Source: Lama guanicoe (lineage: Eukaryota). From it: a stretch of DNA of 64,000 nucleotides. The stretch is taken from positions 4,504,167-4,568,166 of the forward strand of contig MU054001.1 of NCBI GenBank assembly GCA_013239625.1, given 5' to 3'. A program made the position numbers and the translations under genes. The notes beneath the pieces were generated by a model. The model was not told the origin of the DNA. It saw only the letters and a program-made list of their open reading frames with translations, and did not search any database. Shown piece after piece: positions 13,470 through 27,649 of the stretch (position 1 is the first letter of the stretch; each line of letters starts with the position of its first letter).

Positions 13470-13890
13470 TGTATCAGTTATTTATGACCACAGCAATGCT
13501 GCATAACAAAACCCCCCTCAAAACTTTAAAGGCATTCAGCAAGAAGCATTCATTGCTCATTGGACTGGAGTCCCCTGATCTAGGCTGGCTTAGATCTGCC
13601 CCACATGTTGCTCATCCTCCAGCAGGTTCTCAGGTGATGGCAGAGGTGCAAAGGACAAACCCCAGGTACATTTTCATTTCAAGCTTCTGCCTGCATCCTG
13701 TGCATCCCTGTGTTAACATCCTGCATCCCTGTGTTAACATCACATAAGTCAAAGCAAACCACATGACTGAGCCTAGAGTCAAAAGGGACAAGGCCTGTGA
13801 CTTCTCTGGGGGTGTGGGCACTGCAAAGTCACAGGGCAGAGGGCATGGATGAAGGATAAAGAATGAGGCCTCTCTTCCAATCTACTGCAG
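13470..13890 (-). mobile_element. MaLR LTR (MLT1-type) with an internal 22-bp tandem duplication
   Basis: tgtatcagtta...gctgcataacaaa start; TGCATCCCTGTGTTAACATC repeated at ~13700-13741. Confidence 0.6.
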
Positions 13891-14814
13891 ATAGCAGGGC
13901 AGAAATATAAAAGGAATCTGCTCCTTGATGATGTAGTTGAGTTGCTGAATTAACCAAGCCTGGTTTACTTGCCGTAACTTGGAGCTTTTCGTTATTCAAG
14001 AAAAAAAAAATCTTCTCACCATGTAAGCCATTTTGGATTGCATCTTCTGTTACTTGCAGCAAAGTCACTAACAAGCCCGAGATCACTCAGCTAGAAAGTG
14101 GTGGAGCTGAGACCTGGGCAGGACCCTCACACTCTGGGTCTAAGCCTCTTTGCAGTGCCTTTGTGGGCCTTTGCTATGTTTCGCAGCATGTTATTTAAAC
14201 CTCCCGCTCTCCAGTCCCAGGCCATAGGGATCTTCATCTTGCACAGGGCCCAGAAGGGAACAGAGAGAGACCACAGGCTTTGCACTGCATCCTGGAGCAG
14301 TTCTTCTGAAGCACTGCCCACAGCCATGGGTGTGTCTGGGGGGAAGGATCAGACTCTGGAAAACTGGCCCCATTTCCTCTGGGGACACTGATTATCTCAT
14401 TGGGGAAAGGGGCCCATGCAATGGCTTCTGTCCTAGGCTTTGGGGGATACCACATATGAAGGCAGTCTCCTCCAACAATTGTCTGCCCGTTCTTATCAAA
14501 TCTGGACTGTCCAGAGCTATTTGGTCCATCCCCCTGCCCCCCTGTATGTACCTACCTAAACCACATCAAGCTGATTGATAGTCACCATTCCATTTCTGCC
14601 AAAGACAGTGGCTTCCCTGGGCCACCTGTGAACAAAAAACCCATAAGGATCCCAGACAAACTGTCTTTAGTCTCCTTCCCTTCAGCCCATTCCATGGATT
14701 TACTTGCAAAGGGTAAATCTATGGATTAGATTCTCCCCTTCTTTCCCTAATGGGGAGTGGTAAACATGATGCTGAGTGGTCATGCCTTGGAAGATGGTGC
14801 TTAAATTAAGATTA

Positions 14815-15310
14815 GTTTCACCTGTATCTAACAGAAAATCTAATAGTGACTTAAGGAAGATAAAATTTTTTCCTGTCTTGTAAAACAAGTCCAGATATAG
14901 ACGGCCTGAGGTGGTAGGACAGCATTATCACCAACACTGATCCAAGCTCCTTCTCTTTTACTGTCCCATCAATCCTAGAGTTGGCTTCTATCCTTAAGGA
15001 CAATGCATGGTCCAAGATGGCTGCCAGAGCTCCAGCCATCATGACCAGGATCACAGGAAAGTGGAAATGTAGAAGGGCAAAAAAGGCCTCCTCTCAGCTC
15101 TGTCAGTTCCCTTTAAACATCTTTTCCAGAAGTTCCACACAATATTTACTCATTTCTCATTCCTTGGAACATAGTCCCTGGCTGCCAGGGAAGCTAAGTG
15201 TGTCTTTTATGCCAGGGAACAATATGATCAGCTAAAAATCAAGGCTCGATAACTTCAAAGAAGAAAGGAAAACTGATGTTGGAGAAGGTAAAAATCTGCT
15301 TCTGCCAAAG
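14815..15310 (-). mobile_element. Old MaLR LTR (MLT1-type)
   Basis: taacagaaaatc...gacttaa, caagatggctgccagagctccagccatca motifs. Confidence 0.55.
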
Positions 15311-18300
15311 TTCAAGCTACATCTTAGGTCGACATTTATTTATTGAGCACCTGCAGTATACCAGGCATAGGGCTAGGCTGAGCCACAAAGAGATACAATA
15401 AGACATGGTCCTTACCCTTCAAGAGTGGATGGTGGACCACAACTGAAATGGCTCTCATAGTTATGAACTGTTTTGACAACAGAGTGTTTAAAAAGAAAAA
15501 AAAATGCCACTGTTGAAACTTAGGAGAATTCACATATGCTCTGGAATTTTGGAGTCTCTTGAAACACTTGAAGTTCTTGCAACACCAGGCCTGCTTTATA
15601 CTGTCCTGGCAGCAATTGGCTAGAGAAGCTTCCGTCCCTCTAGAAAGGTCCCTCTCCTGTTTGCCACAGACTCTGCCAAACTCTATTGCCTCACACCCCT
15701 GGAGATATTTGCATGGCCAAGACAGGCACTTGAGTTAACAAGCTCTGCTTAGAGAGGAGGACCCGGTGGGTTGCTGGACAGGTTTCAGATGTCTCTGTGG
15801 GGACAGCCAGCCGACACTGCTGAAACCACCCCTGTAAAATGTGAACTCGCTTGAACTTGTGCCTCTCTGGGAGGAAAATGACTCTGAAATTAAAAAGCAA
15901 ACCAAACCGCCATGCCTTCCAGAAATCTCGTCCTCTTCTCTGAAGAAGAGACTGAACATGTGAAAATACCCTTTTTCAACTTCTCTTTTGTTTGAGACAT
16001 GCGTCTCTGGCATGTGGAGGCAGGGAGGGCTGACAGAGGCAGGCATGTCTCTCTCCCCAGCAGATGACCCCTGTGTCAGGCCAAAGGCGGGCCTACTCCT
16101 TGGAGGCAGAGCAGCTGCTGGAAGCTCCTCCAGTTCAGCCGGGACCCAGACTCTGCCTTGGCTCACCTCTGAGCTGAGGCCCCTCATTAGTGCTCAGAGC
16201 CTTCTTTGCAGGCTGCCCCCAGGAGCCTTTCTCTCAAGATCTAGCTGGAACCCCCTTCCGTCTCGCTTCAGAGTGCCTGCCTGGCTGAGACAACGCCGGC
16301 AATGGGCGAGCCGCCTGGGGCGCCCAGGCCCATTCTGGGTGGCCTCCCTCCTGCCCAGCCCAAGGGCGTCTTGCAGCTATAAATTGAGTAAATTGAAAAT
16401 GTTACTGAGGGTTGGAGATAAAAGAGAGAGCTGGGTGTCTCCATGAATAAAACATGGGAGGGAGGCCATTTCTTGGAAAAATAGAGAGAATAAATTGTGG
16501 CGGATCAATTTTATCTAATTTCTTGGCCGAGCTTCTGACATGCAAATGAATGCGCTCATAATTTATGAGTGAGCCATGGAGATTACCAGAGGGAAGGGGT
16601 GCCTGGATTTCTGGTGGAGGGAGGAAGGGCATGGCTAAGGAGGTAGCAGAAGTCACTAGGCTTTTTCTCCTTAAAACCTAAAAATTTAGGAACCCTTCCA
16701 GGTAAGGCAAAAGCCAAGCAGAGTGAATTCTGGATTCTGGGCCAGTCTTTGGGGCCAGTTCCTCTGGGCTCTCACTTGCTGTCCCAGCCATGCCGATGGC
16801 CAGCTGGCCAGCCCTGGCCACGACAGACACAGTCTGGCCACTAGACCTTTGCTCAGTTGGTCCCCATGTCCCACCACCCCATCTCACCAGCCGTATTCTC
16901 TCCCGTGACCTTTGGATTCTAGCCTGATTCTTCCCTGGTAGGCCAAAGAAACTCATCCTTCTTTCTGTGCTCTGGAACAATGCATCTGTCCCTTTTGCTT
17001 ACAGTGGTCTGCTGGCCCGATCCTGCCTACAGATGTGTTTTCTTTGGCCTGAGCAGTGACTGTAAAACATCTGAATTGGCTGTTGACATTAAGAAATCAG
17101 GAGATTTCTCATGCCCTGAGAACATCTGACTTCTATTGGAAGATCAGAATGTCTGGTTACATGGCCTTGTGGTCTTGCTGCCATCAGTTGGCTGGAATCA
17201 AGAAGTAGCCCCTGGCTTTTCAAGTCAGAGGCACATACCCCAACATGCTGCAGACCCCACTGCTCCCTATTGCCTCTCTGGCCCTGAGGCCAAATGTTAG
17301 TTGCTATTTATTATTGGATTTGCACTGTTGTTTTGCTTAGAATGGAGTCAATGGGAACACTTTCTTGTGATTTATGAAGTGGGAGAGTTTAGAGGGACAA
17401 AGAGAGCAAATTTCAAGGGGGGAAGGGTATATGCCTTTTTTTTTTTTTTTTTGGTAGAAATGCCGAATGACCCCTGTGGTAAACTGTAAAGTGGGCAGTG
17501 GTGGGAAGGAGGGTGCCAGGTGGTGTCATCATTGAGTTCCCTGCAAAGCCCTGCAGGGCCTTGAATTTGAAACCTCTGTCTTAAAGTCCCAGCTCCTCTG
17601 TCTTACCATTCTACTTCTCTGCTCTGAAACCACAGTGACTCAGAGCTGGGGGAGCTTGGAGAAGGAGCTTAAGCAGCCCCACCAGTCTCTGGAGGCCACT
17701 CAGCCCTCCCTGGGAGGCATACTTTCAGTGACAGCCTGTGACACGGGCTCTGTTCCCACTTTAGAGCTGAGCAAACTGAGGCACAGAGTTTGATAACTTG
17801 TGTAACTCAGCTGGTTAATTGAGAGAGACTGGATTGGAACCCATGTCTAGCCGGATCCAAAGCCCAACTTCACTGGTGCCCTGGGCCCCCTCTGACTGCC
17901 CCTTCCTTAGTCTGGCAGGACGAGTCTTGTAGTGAAGACAGCTTCAAACCTTAGCTAGGCAGTGGCTGCATCCAAAGCATCACGTGATCTACACCACCGC
18001 CCCTTCCTGCACTACACTCCCTTCTGTCCTTCAGCCACGTCAAAAGCAGGTGATACAAGCTCAGACCCTGGCAAGTCCTCCCAGAGGCTTCGCGACCCTG
18101 CCCCCAGGGCCTTTGCTCTGCTGTTTCTTCCCCAGATCTTCATAGTTCTGCTTCCTTCTTGTCCTCCAGGTCTCAGTCATGTCCTCCAAGTGGACCCCCT
18201 GCTCACTGGTAACCCTCTTTTTGCAGCACTCATGTCTCCTTAGAATCGCCTTATTTTGCTTTTGTGTGTATTACCCCCAGCAGTGAAACTCCACGGGGGT

Positions 18301-20169
18301 GGAGACCTAGTCTGTTCCCTGCTGTACCCACATAGTCTGTACTTAGTAAGTGCTCAATAATTATGTAAAGACTGAGTGAAAAGTGCCATATTTGGGTGTC
18401 GGACCCAGAGGAGCCTTTGGAGAGGAGGGGTGCTGGGAAGGAGGCTTTCTGAGAGGAAAGGGAGGGGCTGCTGGCACTGGGGCCACTGAAGTGGCAAGTG
18501 GGGGTGAGGCCTTGGCTACTTGCTCTGAGGCTGCTGAAATGTCTGCTGGTTACAGGGTGGTTCAGAGCATCCATATGTAGGATGATTGCAAGCCCCTAGT
18601 GCAGGGACAACACGGGTAAGACCTTGTGAGGGGAGGCCACTGGGAGGGAGGCAGCATTGGCTGGGTGGGCTCCAGGTGGGGCCTGGGGTATCCCCCTTCC
18701 TCACCCTGAGGGCACCCTCATGGCAGCAGTGAGAATCTGAGCATCCTGGAATGTCAGGGCTAAGAGGGAAACCGAGGCTCATAGTGGGGTCTGAGTCACA
18801 GCAAGTCTCTGTGGATGCAGAGGTCTGCTTGGGGTCAGACTCTCTGTGAATCCAGAGAAAGGCAGACACTGTTGTTTTTGAGTCTCCAGAGAGATGAAAA
18901 CAAGTAGAGAAATGCCCAAGGAGGGTTTTAAAAAACTGTGATATGTTTAACATTTTTGCATCAAACAAACACTTAAACATATTCAAAAAATATCACACAA
19001 TGCAGTCGTGCTCTTCAGAAAAGAATCACAGTGTCTAGAAACAATGGTCAATTACTGCATCCCACAGGGCTGGTCTGGGAGCAAATGGACATCCTTGTAC
19101 CATGGATGTGGTCTTTATTTATTCCTGCCAGTTGGCCTCTTGTGACTTTATGCAGGCCCATTAGGAGACCCTTTGTTGTCCACAGTTGTGGTCATTGTGG
19201 GTGGAAGGCAAAGGCTGCAAGTCCTCCCTTTGGCCTCAGTTTTCTGACCTGAAAAAGGGGTACCCTTCTTGGTACACCACAGGACTGAGTTGAGGATGGC
19301 TGTGTGGAGTGCTTAGCACTGCGGGCTGCTGGTTCACGCAGAGCCGGGATTCAGCCCTAAGGCTCCCACTCTTCCTACACCACCCGCTGCCCCAGAAGCT
19401 CATCCCTTGGGAAGGTTTCAGAGCTCTGCTCATAGGACCTATCCCTTGAAAGCAGAAAGGGGGTTTTTCTTCCCAAATCCGTTCCTTGGGGGAAGTCTTC
19501 AAAGAGAATTCTCGTAATTTCCTGTTATAAAATTTTATGTGCAATTACAAACAATGAACTGTGAGCATTAATTGGGCAGACCAGGAGATTTTTTTGTTTT
19601 AAAATCATGTACTATTTTAAAACCTCCCAGACCACGAGAAACTGGCCTGAGGAAATAAACTTCCAGAGGGTGGCCCGGGCAGCAGCCCACCCCTGCCATC
19701 TCTCTTGTTGCATCTGGGATCCTCCAGGTCAGGTGGCCACTGTGCCCAGCAGAGCTTGAGGGTCTGCTGCGGCGAGAGGAAGCAGCGGGCTCCCCAGTTT
19801 CCCCACCGTGCGGGCCTGTGTGAGTAATGGCTTGCCACCCACTTCAGCTGCCTGGAACGGAGCAGATTTGTATCCGTCCATCCATCCGAACAATCACTAT
19901 TACTGGAGTACCTACCGTGTGCCAAGCTCTGGGCACATAGAGCTGTGCACAAAACAGACAGAAATCCCTGCCCTCCTGGACCTAACATTTTAAGAGGGGA
20001 GACAGGGCTGGTAAGCACAATAAATAAGAACATTATACTGTATATTAGAAGGTAGTAAGTGCTGTGGAGAAAAACTAGTTTGGGATGGAGGGGTGAGACA
20101 GGAAGGAGAGCTGGGGTTAAATAGGGTGGTTGGATCAGGCCTCTCTGATAGCGTGACATTTGAGCAAAG

Positions 20170-20629
20170 ATTTTTTTTTTAATTGCAGTATAGTTGATTT
20201 ACAATGTGTTCGTTTCAGGTGAACAGCAAAGTGATAGTTATATATGTGTATGTATACGTATATATATATTCTTTTTTAGATTCTTTTCCATTATAGGTTA
20301 TTACAATATATTGAATATAGTTCCCCATGCTATACAGTAGGCCCATGTTGTTGATCTGTTTTATATATAGTAGTTTGTATCTGTTAACCCCAAATTCCTA
20401 ATTCATCCTTCCCCCCTTTCCCCTTTGGTAACCATAAGTTTATATCTGTGTGTCTATTTCTGTTTTGTAAATAAGTTCATTTGTATCTTGTTTTAGATTC
20501 CACATATAAGTGATATCATATGATATCTGCCTTTGTCTGACTTACTTCACTCATTATGGTGATCTCTAGGTCCATCCATGTTGCTGCAAAGGCATTATTT
20601 CATTCTTTTCTATGGCTGAGTAGTATTCC

Positions 20630-20682
<53 letters not shown>

Positions 20683-20764
20683 CTTTATCCAGTCATCTGT
20701 CGATGGACATTTAGGTTACTTCCATGTCTTAGCTATTGGAAGTAGTGCCACTATGAACACTGGG
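20170..20764 (-). mobile_element. 5'-truncated L1 3' end (~600 bp)
   Basis: T-tail, 3' UTR and end of ORF2; 11-bp TSD TTTGAGCAAAG at 20159-20169 and 20765-20775. Confidence 0.9.
20633..20680. repeat. (AC)24 microsatellite
   Basis: Perfect dinucleotide run inside the L1 fragment. Confidence 0.97.
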
Positions 20765-21012
20765 TTTGAGCAAAGGTTTGAAGGAGGCTGGAAAGTAGGT
20801 CATGAGGATGTCTGGGGCGGAAGGGTCTCAGATAGACAAAAAGAGCAAGTGTGGAGGCTGTGAGGAAGGGGCAGCTGTGCAGCCCTGCTCACCCTTCTAA
20901 GGACTGTGAATTGACTTTGAGAGAAGTGGGAGCCATGGGGTTGCAAACAGAGGAGTCATGTGCACTGGCCTACTTGTTAAAGGGCTGCACTGGATGCTGT
21001 GTTGAGAATGGA

Positions 21013-21322
21013 GCTGCTGTCCACTACTAAAGCCACCCGCCATGTGTCTGTTGGGTACTTCAAATGCGGCCAGTCTGATTTGAGATGTGCTGTATGTATA
21101 CATACACACTGGATATTGAAGACTTACTATGAAAGAGAGAAACTGTCTCATTAACTATTTTAAAACATTGATTACATGTAGAAATGACAATACTTTGGAT
21201 ATATTTGTTTAAAATGTGTATTATTAAAGTTTAATACATTTCTTTTTACTTTTTAAAATGTGGCCACAGGAAAATATAAAATTCCATATGTGGTTCATAT
21301 TCTATTCCTGTTAGACAGTACT
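21013..21322. mobile_element. hAT-Charlie MITE (MER3/MER33-like)
   Basis: ctgctgtcc... and ...gacagtactg termini; internal gagatgtgctgta...acacactggat. Confidence 0.65.
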
Positions 21323-22479
21323 GCTCCAGACAGCCCAGGCTGAGGGCAGAAGCTGGGAGACATAGGAGGCCGTGGCCATAATCCAGGTAAGAGGTGTTGG
21401 CTGCTGAGCCAGGGGACGGAGTGGTGGTAAAGGGTGGGAATCTAGATGTATTGTGAAGCTGAGTTTGCAGCTGGGGTGTGAGGCGTTGCTTCCCAGATGC
21501 GTGTGGGATGATTGCTTGGCACGGGGTCTGCCCATCACGCTGTGGTGGGGAGGTAGTGGAAAGGGAGATGGGGTCCAGAGAGTCATGGTCCTCTCATGGA
21601 ACCAGACTCTGAAACAATGCCCAGGGAGGGGCCTTTGGGGGTCGAGGCCAGAGGAGAACCGGGTATCTGCATGGAGGCAGTGTAAACTCAGGTCTCGTCT
21701 GACAGGTGATTGAGAGAATCCCAGTCTTTACTTTCCCAACTGTAAAATGGAGGCAGTGGGGCCAGCCTCCTGGAGCTGTGAAAGTTCGATGGGTGGTACA
21801 TAGGACTGGCATAGACTATGTATGCGATCCATGAGGTGCTACCATTATTACAGATGCAGCAATGGATGGGGTGCCACTGTATTTACAGATGCAATGACCA
21901 TGAGCTGGAAGGAGCTGGGGCTCCGTGCACCTGCTGTCTCTTTGAGTCTGCTCTACTTTATAAGATGTTCCACAAGAGCTACCATACTTGGTTTTTAAAA
22001 GTGCTCAGGCCAAGATGTTGGCCTGGTCTGCCCCACAGAAGTCGCCCCCCAAACCCCCGCCAGGCAACTGCCCAGTTGGTAGACGGAAGCCTGGGGGCTG
22101 TGGAGGAAGCCATGTGTCCCACAGCATCCTTGCTGGGTTGGAGGCAGAGGGACCATGAACCAGTGACTGGAGGGACTCCTGGAGGCAGCAAGGGTTGGTG
22201 GTTTTGGGGAGCCCTGTGGTGGAACAGGAGGAGGAAGCTCTCCTGTGTGACGAGAGAGCTGCAGGCAGAGGACAGGCTAGGAATCACAGCTGGCCTGGAT
22301 TCGGGGCTCTGCCTCCTCTGCCACCTCCTTTCAGCTCAGTGTCGTGCTGAGCCTTGCACACAGTAGGTCCTGAATGCATAGTGATTGCAAAGAATGAGCC
22401 AGGCACTATTGGAATGCACTAGGATAATGTTTGTTAAAGGCACAACAGGAAGAGCACTGGGTGGAAATACTGACCCCGA

Positions 22480-23190
22480 CTGCCACTGAGTTATGTGCAA
22501 CCTACATCTGTTCGCTTCTGTCCACTCACCACCTCCCAGACACAGGCCTCCACTGCCTTTCTCCAGGACACCCGCAATAGCCTCCTCACTGGTTTACTTC
22601 CTCCCCACTCTTGCTCCTTCAATCCTTTCTCCACGTAGCAGCCTAGGGATAAGATTACACTGAAAAATGTATATCAGATTATGCCATATCCCTGGTTAAA
22701 ACCTACAGGCTTCCTTTGCCAACAGAATACAATTCTGCAAGGCCCTACATGATCTGACCCTATGTCCCTGGCCAACTTCATGACTTACCATTCTTGCTCT
22801 CTATAATATCTTTCTTTTCCAAGAACTCAAGCCAGTGTCTGCCTCAGGGCCTTTGCACTTACTGCTATTCCACCTAGAATGCTATTTCCTCCCATTTTTG
22901 CCTGGGTAACATCCCATTGTGTCTCAGTGCAAGTGCCTCCTCCTCTGGGAGGACTTCTTTGAGCCCTTGAATTTAAAAAACCCTAAATTACTTCTTACTT
23001 TAATACCTGCTTATCATATGTAACCATCCACAGCTTTCTTTTGTCTGTATTTGGTTGTCTGTGTAGTGTCTCCTCCACCAGAGTGTAAGCTTCCTGAAGT
23101 TCTTCCATCCTTGCTCATCTCCCATACCCAGCCCAGTGCCTGGAACATAGTAAATATGCAATAAATATCTGTCGAATGAACGAATGTGCT
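22480..23190 (+). mobile_element. L2 3' relic
   Basis: aatagcctcctcactgg, cctcagggcctttgcactt, cagtgcctggaacatagta...aataaatatctgtcgaatgaacgaatg. Confidence 0.75.
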
Positions 23191-24267
23191 TTACCTGTGC
23201 TAATCTTGAGCGCTCAGTGTGTATTATCTCATTTAATCCTCATAATCTCCTCTGTTATCATGGAGACAAGGAAACTGTCTGAGGATTGAAACCTTATGTC
23301 TGACTCTGCAGCTCCTGCTGTTGAAGCCTGCATGACCCTATCTCTCAGACCCTGGTCCTAGCCCTGGTTCTTTCAGTAACCAACTGTGACTTTGGTCATG
23401 TCCAGCTTGGAGTTCCTTCTGACCACAAGGGGAGTTGGTTGAGTGTTTCTGAAGTCCCTGCAGCTCTGATGATCTGGGGCGTGGTTCTCATTGGGGCATA
23501 AGTGTCCCCTTGGGATATTCCTGTGGGAACATTAGCATCTTGTACCATTGAACTTGCTGTTTTATGATAAATACCCATGAATATATTATACTTTCCTTTA
23601 TTTCTCTTCTTCATTTAGGTTACAGCTTACCTATGAATTTAATTTTATGGTAGTAAAAGGATCTTACAAAATACATGTTATAGAGGGGGGAGCCTTCATC
23701 ACCGATGGTGACAGAAGCCAGAACCAGGACCTGAGGCTGGAGGCACAGACCAGGAGCAACATGAGGGCCCTGCTGAGAGCTGGAGATGTCCTATGTCTGC
23801 ACCTGAGAGGTTGTTATGTGGGTGCACACGTGTGTGAAATTCACTGAGCTGTACACCAAAGATGGGGTTAGGTGACTATAAGCCATACCAGTTTTAAAAC
23901 TTAAGCGAGATAATATATGTAAAATAAATAAATGACAAAAAAAGGGGGCTTTGGGACAGAAGCCACTGGGTCAAGTGTCTATGCCTGCAACCTAGGGGTC
24001 CTCCCTGGCTTCTCTGATCTAGTGAGTTTCTCCTTGATCAGCAAACTCAGCGCCAGCATTTCCTTCTCCCTGACCCCACCTCACTAGGCGCCTGCGTAGA
24101 GCTCCTCCTTTCCCAACCCCAGTACTCCCTTCTTAGTGTTACTCACACGGTGACCTGATGACTTGCTGGTGTCTCCCTGGACTGTGAGCCACTTGCTGGT
24201 GGCCGTGGCTCCCAGCATGGACACCTGGGACACAGGTTGCAGGCAGTGGTGTTTGTTGTATTATTCA

Positions 24268-24395
24268 ATTATTTTATTTTGGGATGGGGGGAGGTAATTA
24301 GATTTATTTATTTTTTTTAGAGGAGGTACTAGGGATTGAACGCAGGACTTTATGCCTGCTAAGCAGGTGCTCTACCACTGAGCTGTACCCTCCCC
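24268..24395 (-). mobile_element. Camelid tRNA-derived SINE (Vic-1-like)
   Basis: Reverse complement of the same head (CTCTACCACTGAGCTGTACCCTCCCC) and the GGTAATTAG tail motif. Confidence 0.88.
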
Positions 24396-25802
24396 ATGTT
24401 GAATAATAAGCACCCACCACGTGGAGGAGGAGGAGAGAGGGCTGATGCTCATTCTCGTCCCAGGCTCCACACCTGCCCGTCTATTGGGAGACTATGTCCA
24501 TTTAGGGTCTGCAAGCCCTGAGCAGGGAGACCAGGAGAACCTGTCGCCGGCACACTCTGCAGGATGCGTTAACCACAGTGTCAAGAGCAGCTACCACCAC
24601 TAGGCTCAGTGTTCACCCCTCTTCTCAGGTAAGGAGGTACCTGGATTCCACACACATTAGAGACGTGGGCCCACAGGTTCACGGCAAGGAGCGGTGGGAC
24701 TCGTACCCATGACTGACTGCAGGGCCCAAGCTCGTGGCCCTCACATTTCCTGCTTGGTCTTGCTCAAGTAGAAAGATGAGGAAGGAAGATAACTCCTTCC
24801 CGGTCTCCTGATACTTCCTTTCCTCCAAATGCTGGGTCTTCAAATGTTTGGTCTTTAAACCACATTTCCTTATCATCCAAGATGTAGATATGGTCTGACC
24901 TTTGGGTGCCACATGCTCAGGACACTTTTACATGAGAGTGGGAGAGACAGCAGTTGGACTTAAGAAAGCCCTTCCTCACTGTAGGTGATAAAATACTGTT
25001 CTGGATCAGGAAGATGTGGTCAAGCTGAAAGGCAGAGCCCGGACACGGTGAGGTCTGAAGTCTGCGCCCGGAGTCTGATTCTTCACGAGCTCCTGGCTCT
25101 TGGGACCCAGCTTGGAAAGAGTGAGGTCAGCCAGGCGTTAGGCCTCCTGGGACCCACGTCCCTATGTTCCCTGGAGTTGCAGGAGCCCAGGAGGCCCAGA
25201 GCATGCCCAGGGGAGAGAGAGCATTGGCAAACTCTTCCAAGCAACTTTCCAGTGGCCGGAGGTTTCCTCAGAGAACATGGCCTTCTGCTTCCCTGGGTTC
25301 TGTCTCCCGTGGGTGCAGGCCCTGGGGAGGGGGCGGTGGGTGATTGGAGCCTGGCAACTCCCAAGCGAACCATGTGCCTCTCAGGGCCCCTTCCCAGCAG
25401 GGCCCCTGACCCCGGAGCCTCTCTTTCCAGTCCTTTCCCCCAGGGACCTGTTCCCTCCCAGGCTGGGGCACAGGTTGCTGAGCAAAGCCACCAAAGACCC
25501 TGGGGACCAAGAGAAGCCTGGAGAAAGCCCCGAGGATCTGGTGCTCCCCGCCCGGTTGCCAGGCCCTCGCTCTCCCCACGCTTTTGGAGAGTGGGGCCTC
25601 CCCTGGGCCTTGAGAGGCCTAGGTGGAAAATGAAAAATCCGAGCAGTTACAGATGGCAGAAGGACCTGCCAGGAGCAGCTTACTGCGCCTCCTAAACACA
25701 CGTTTGGTTATTTGGATTCACAAGTTGAAAAAGGGGGCTGCCCTCCCCCAGGGACGCTGTGCAAGGAAGCAGCTCTTTCCTCGGTTTCTTCCACCAACTC
25801 TT

Positions 25803-25949
25803 TTTTTGGGGGGGGAAGTGGGTTTGCGGGGGGAGGTAATTAGGTTGGTTGGTTTGTTTATGTATTTATTTAAGTGGCCGTACGGGGGATTGAACTCAAG
25901 GCCTCGTGCACACTAAGCGTGCGCTCTACCACTGAGTTATACCCTCCCC
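25803..25949 (-). mobile_element. Camelid tRNA-derived SINE (Vic-1-like)
   Basis: Same family; 17-bp TSD TTCTTCCACCAACTCTT at 25786-25802 and 25952-25968. Confidence 0.9.
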
Positions 25950-27649
25950 TCTTCTTCCACCAACTCTTGGTGATCCCACTGCACGCAGTTCAATCACCTG
26001 GTCATCCACTCAGGATGTGTTTACTGAGCACTGGCTCTGGGCCAGGTGCCAGGGGACACCGTACGGAACAAAGGGACAGCACTCCTGATCTCAGGGAGCC
26101 GACAGCCAATGAGCAGGTGCATAACAGAGAAGTGAGCCATCTCCCCAGAGTGATACGGGCTGTGGTGACAGTGAATCAGAGTGATTTGACAGGAAGCGAT
26201 GAGGTGGGGGAGCATGAAATAGGGTGGGTGCACTGAGGCCCCATGCAGGGCAAACTCCCCGAAGCAGGAAGTGGCAGAGGAGTTCCAGGAGTAGGGGGTG
26301 GCCAGAGGGTCCGTGCATGGAGGGCAGGGGGCATGCAAGGTGCAAGGTGAGGCCAGCAGGTCCCCATCGTGCTGGGCCGGGCTGCTTGTGGGGGGCCGGA
26401 CAGATGGACTTTTATTCTGATTGTCAGAGAGGCCACTGGAAAGTCTTAGTGGGGGTTGGATGGGATCAGTTCTGCATTTGGAGAACACTGTTCTGGTGGT
26501 TTCGAGGGGCACAGTTTGGAGGGGCAAGTGGGGGCTGGGCTGTGAGGGTGGAGGATGGGTTGGGAGCTTCCTGGAAACCCTGGAGGCTCTCTAGGTGCTC
26601 GGAACCCCACTTGGGTTTCCACTTCAGTTTTTAAGGTACCAAAAGTGCCACCTGCAGAACCATTTGCAGCTGGGGTTCACCCTGTGTTTTAATTTACCAC
26701 TTGTGGCTGATGTAGAGTTAGAAGAGGGGGACCCAAACAAAAACAACTTAGAACCAGGTGTGGGCCTAGTTTAGCTTTGCCTCCTCAATCCCCGCTCCTT
26801 CTCCCCACCTCCCCCGCCCCCCCCACCAACCTGGACCGTCTTTCCTCCCTTCCTCCCCTGGGCAAACTTCCTGGCTCTGCTTCCAGAAGCCCAGCAGCCT
26901 ATTACTTTCCCCCTAAGCTCACCTGACAGTTTCTCAGTCTCCCTCTGTCACAGATGGATGCAGGGTGTGCTATTACTTACATGATATCTTCATGGAAATC
27001 AATGTTTTAATTGGCTCACTTTAAAAAAATTGTGGTTAAATACATGCGACAAAATTTACCATTTTACACCATCTTTAAGTGTACAGTTCAGTGACATTAA
27101 GTTGTGCCACCATCACCACCACCCACCTCCAGAACTTTTCCACCATCTTAGACTGACACTCTGTGCCTAGGAAGCCGTAACGCCCATGCCCCACCTGCCC
27201 CTCGCCCCCTGGTAACTTCCATTCTGCTTTCTGTCTCTCAGAATTTCCCTGTTCTAGGTACCTCGTATAAATGGCATCATATATTGTTTGTTCTGTGTCT
27301 GGCTTATTTCACTTAGCGTGTTTTCGAGGTTCTTCCACTTGGTAGCCTGTATCGGAATGGAACTTTTTATGGCCAACTACTCCTCTACTGTATGTATATA
27401 CCACATTTCCACTCCCCACCCCCCGAGCAATTCTGCTTTTCTTTTTCTTTTTTTTTAAAATATATATTTATTGAAGTATAGTCAGTTTACAATGTTGTGT
27501 CAATTTCTGGTGTACAGCACAATGCTTCAGTCATATAGGAACATACATATATTCGTTTTCATATTCTTTTTAACCGTAAGTTACTACAAGATATTGAATA
27601 TAGTTCCCTGGGCTAAATACAGTATAAACTTGTTGTTTATCTATTTTAT

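Larger units (their letters stand above)
19890..21450 (-). mobile_element. L2 relic interrupted by an L1 and a MER3-like element
   Basis: L2 3' antisense phrases (gagtacctaccgtgtgccaagc, gtgacatttgagcaaag, gggagccat...aacagaggagtcatg). Confidence 0.65.

Noticed and set aside
24985..25695. 236-aa ORF (similarly 21818-22366, 38909-39721, 44206-45024)
   Set aside because: No protein-family resemblance, mostly non-ATG starts, no supporting exon structure.
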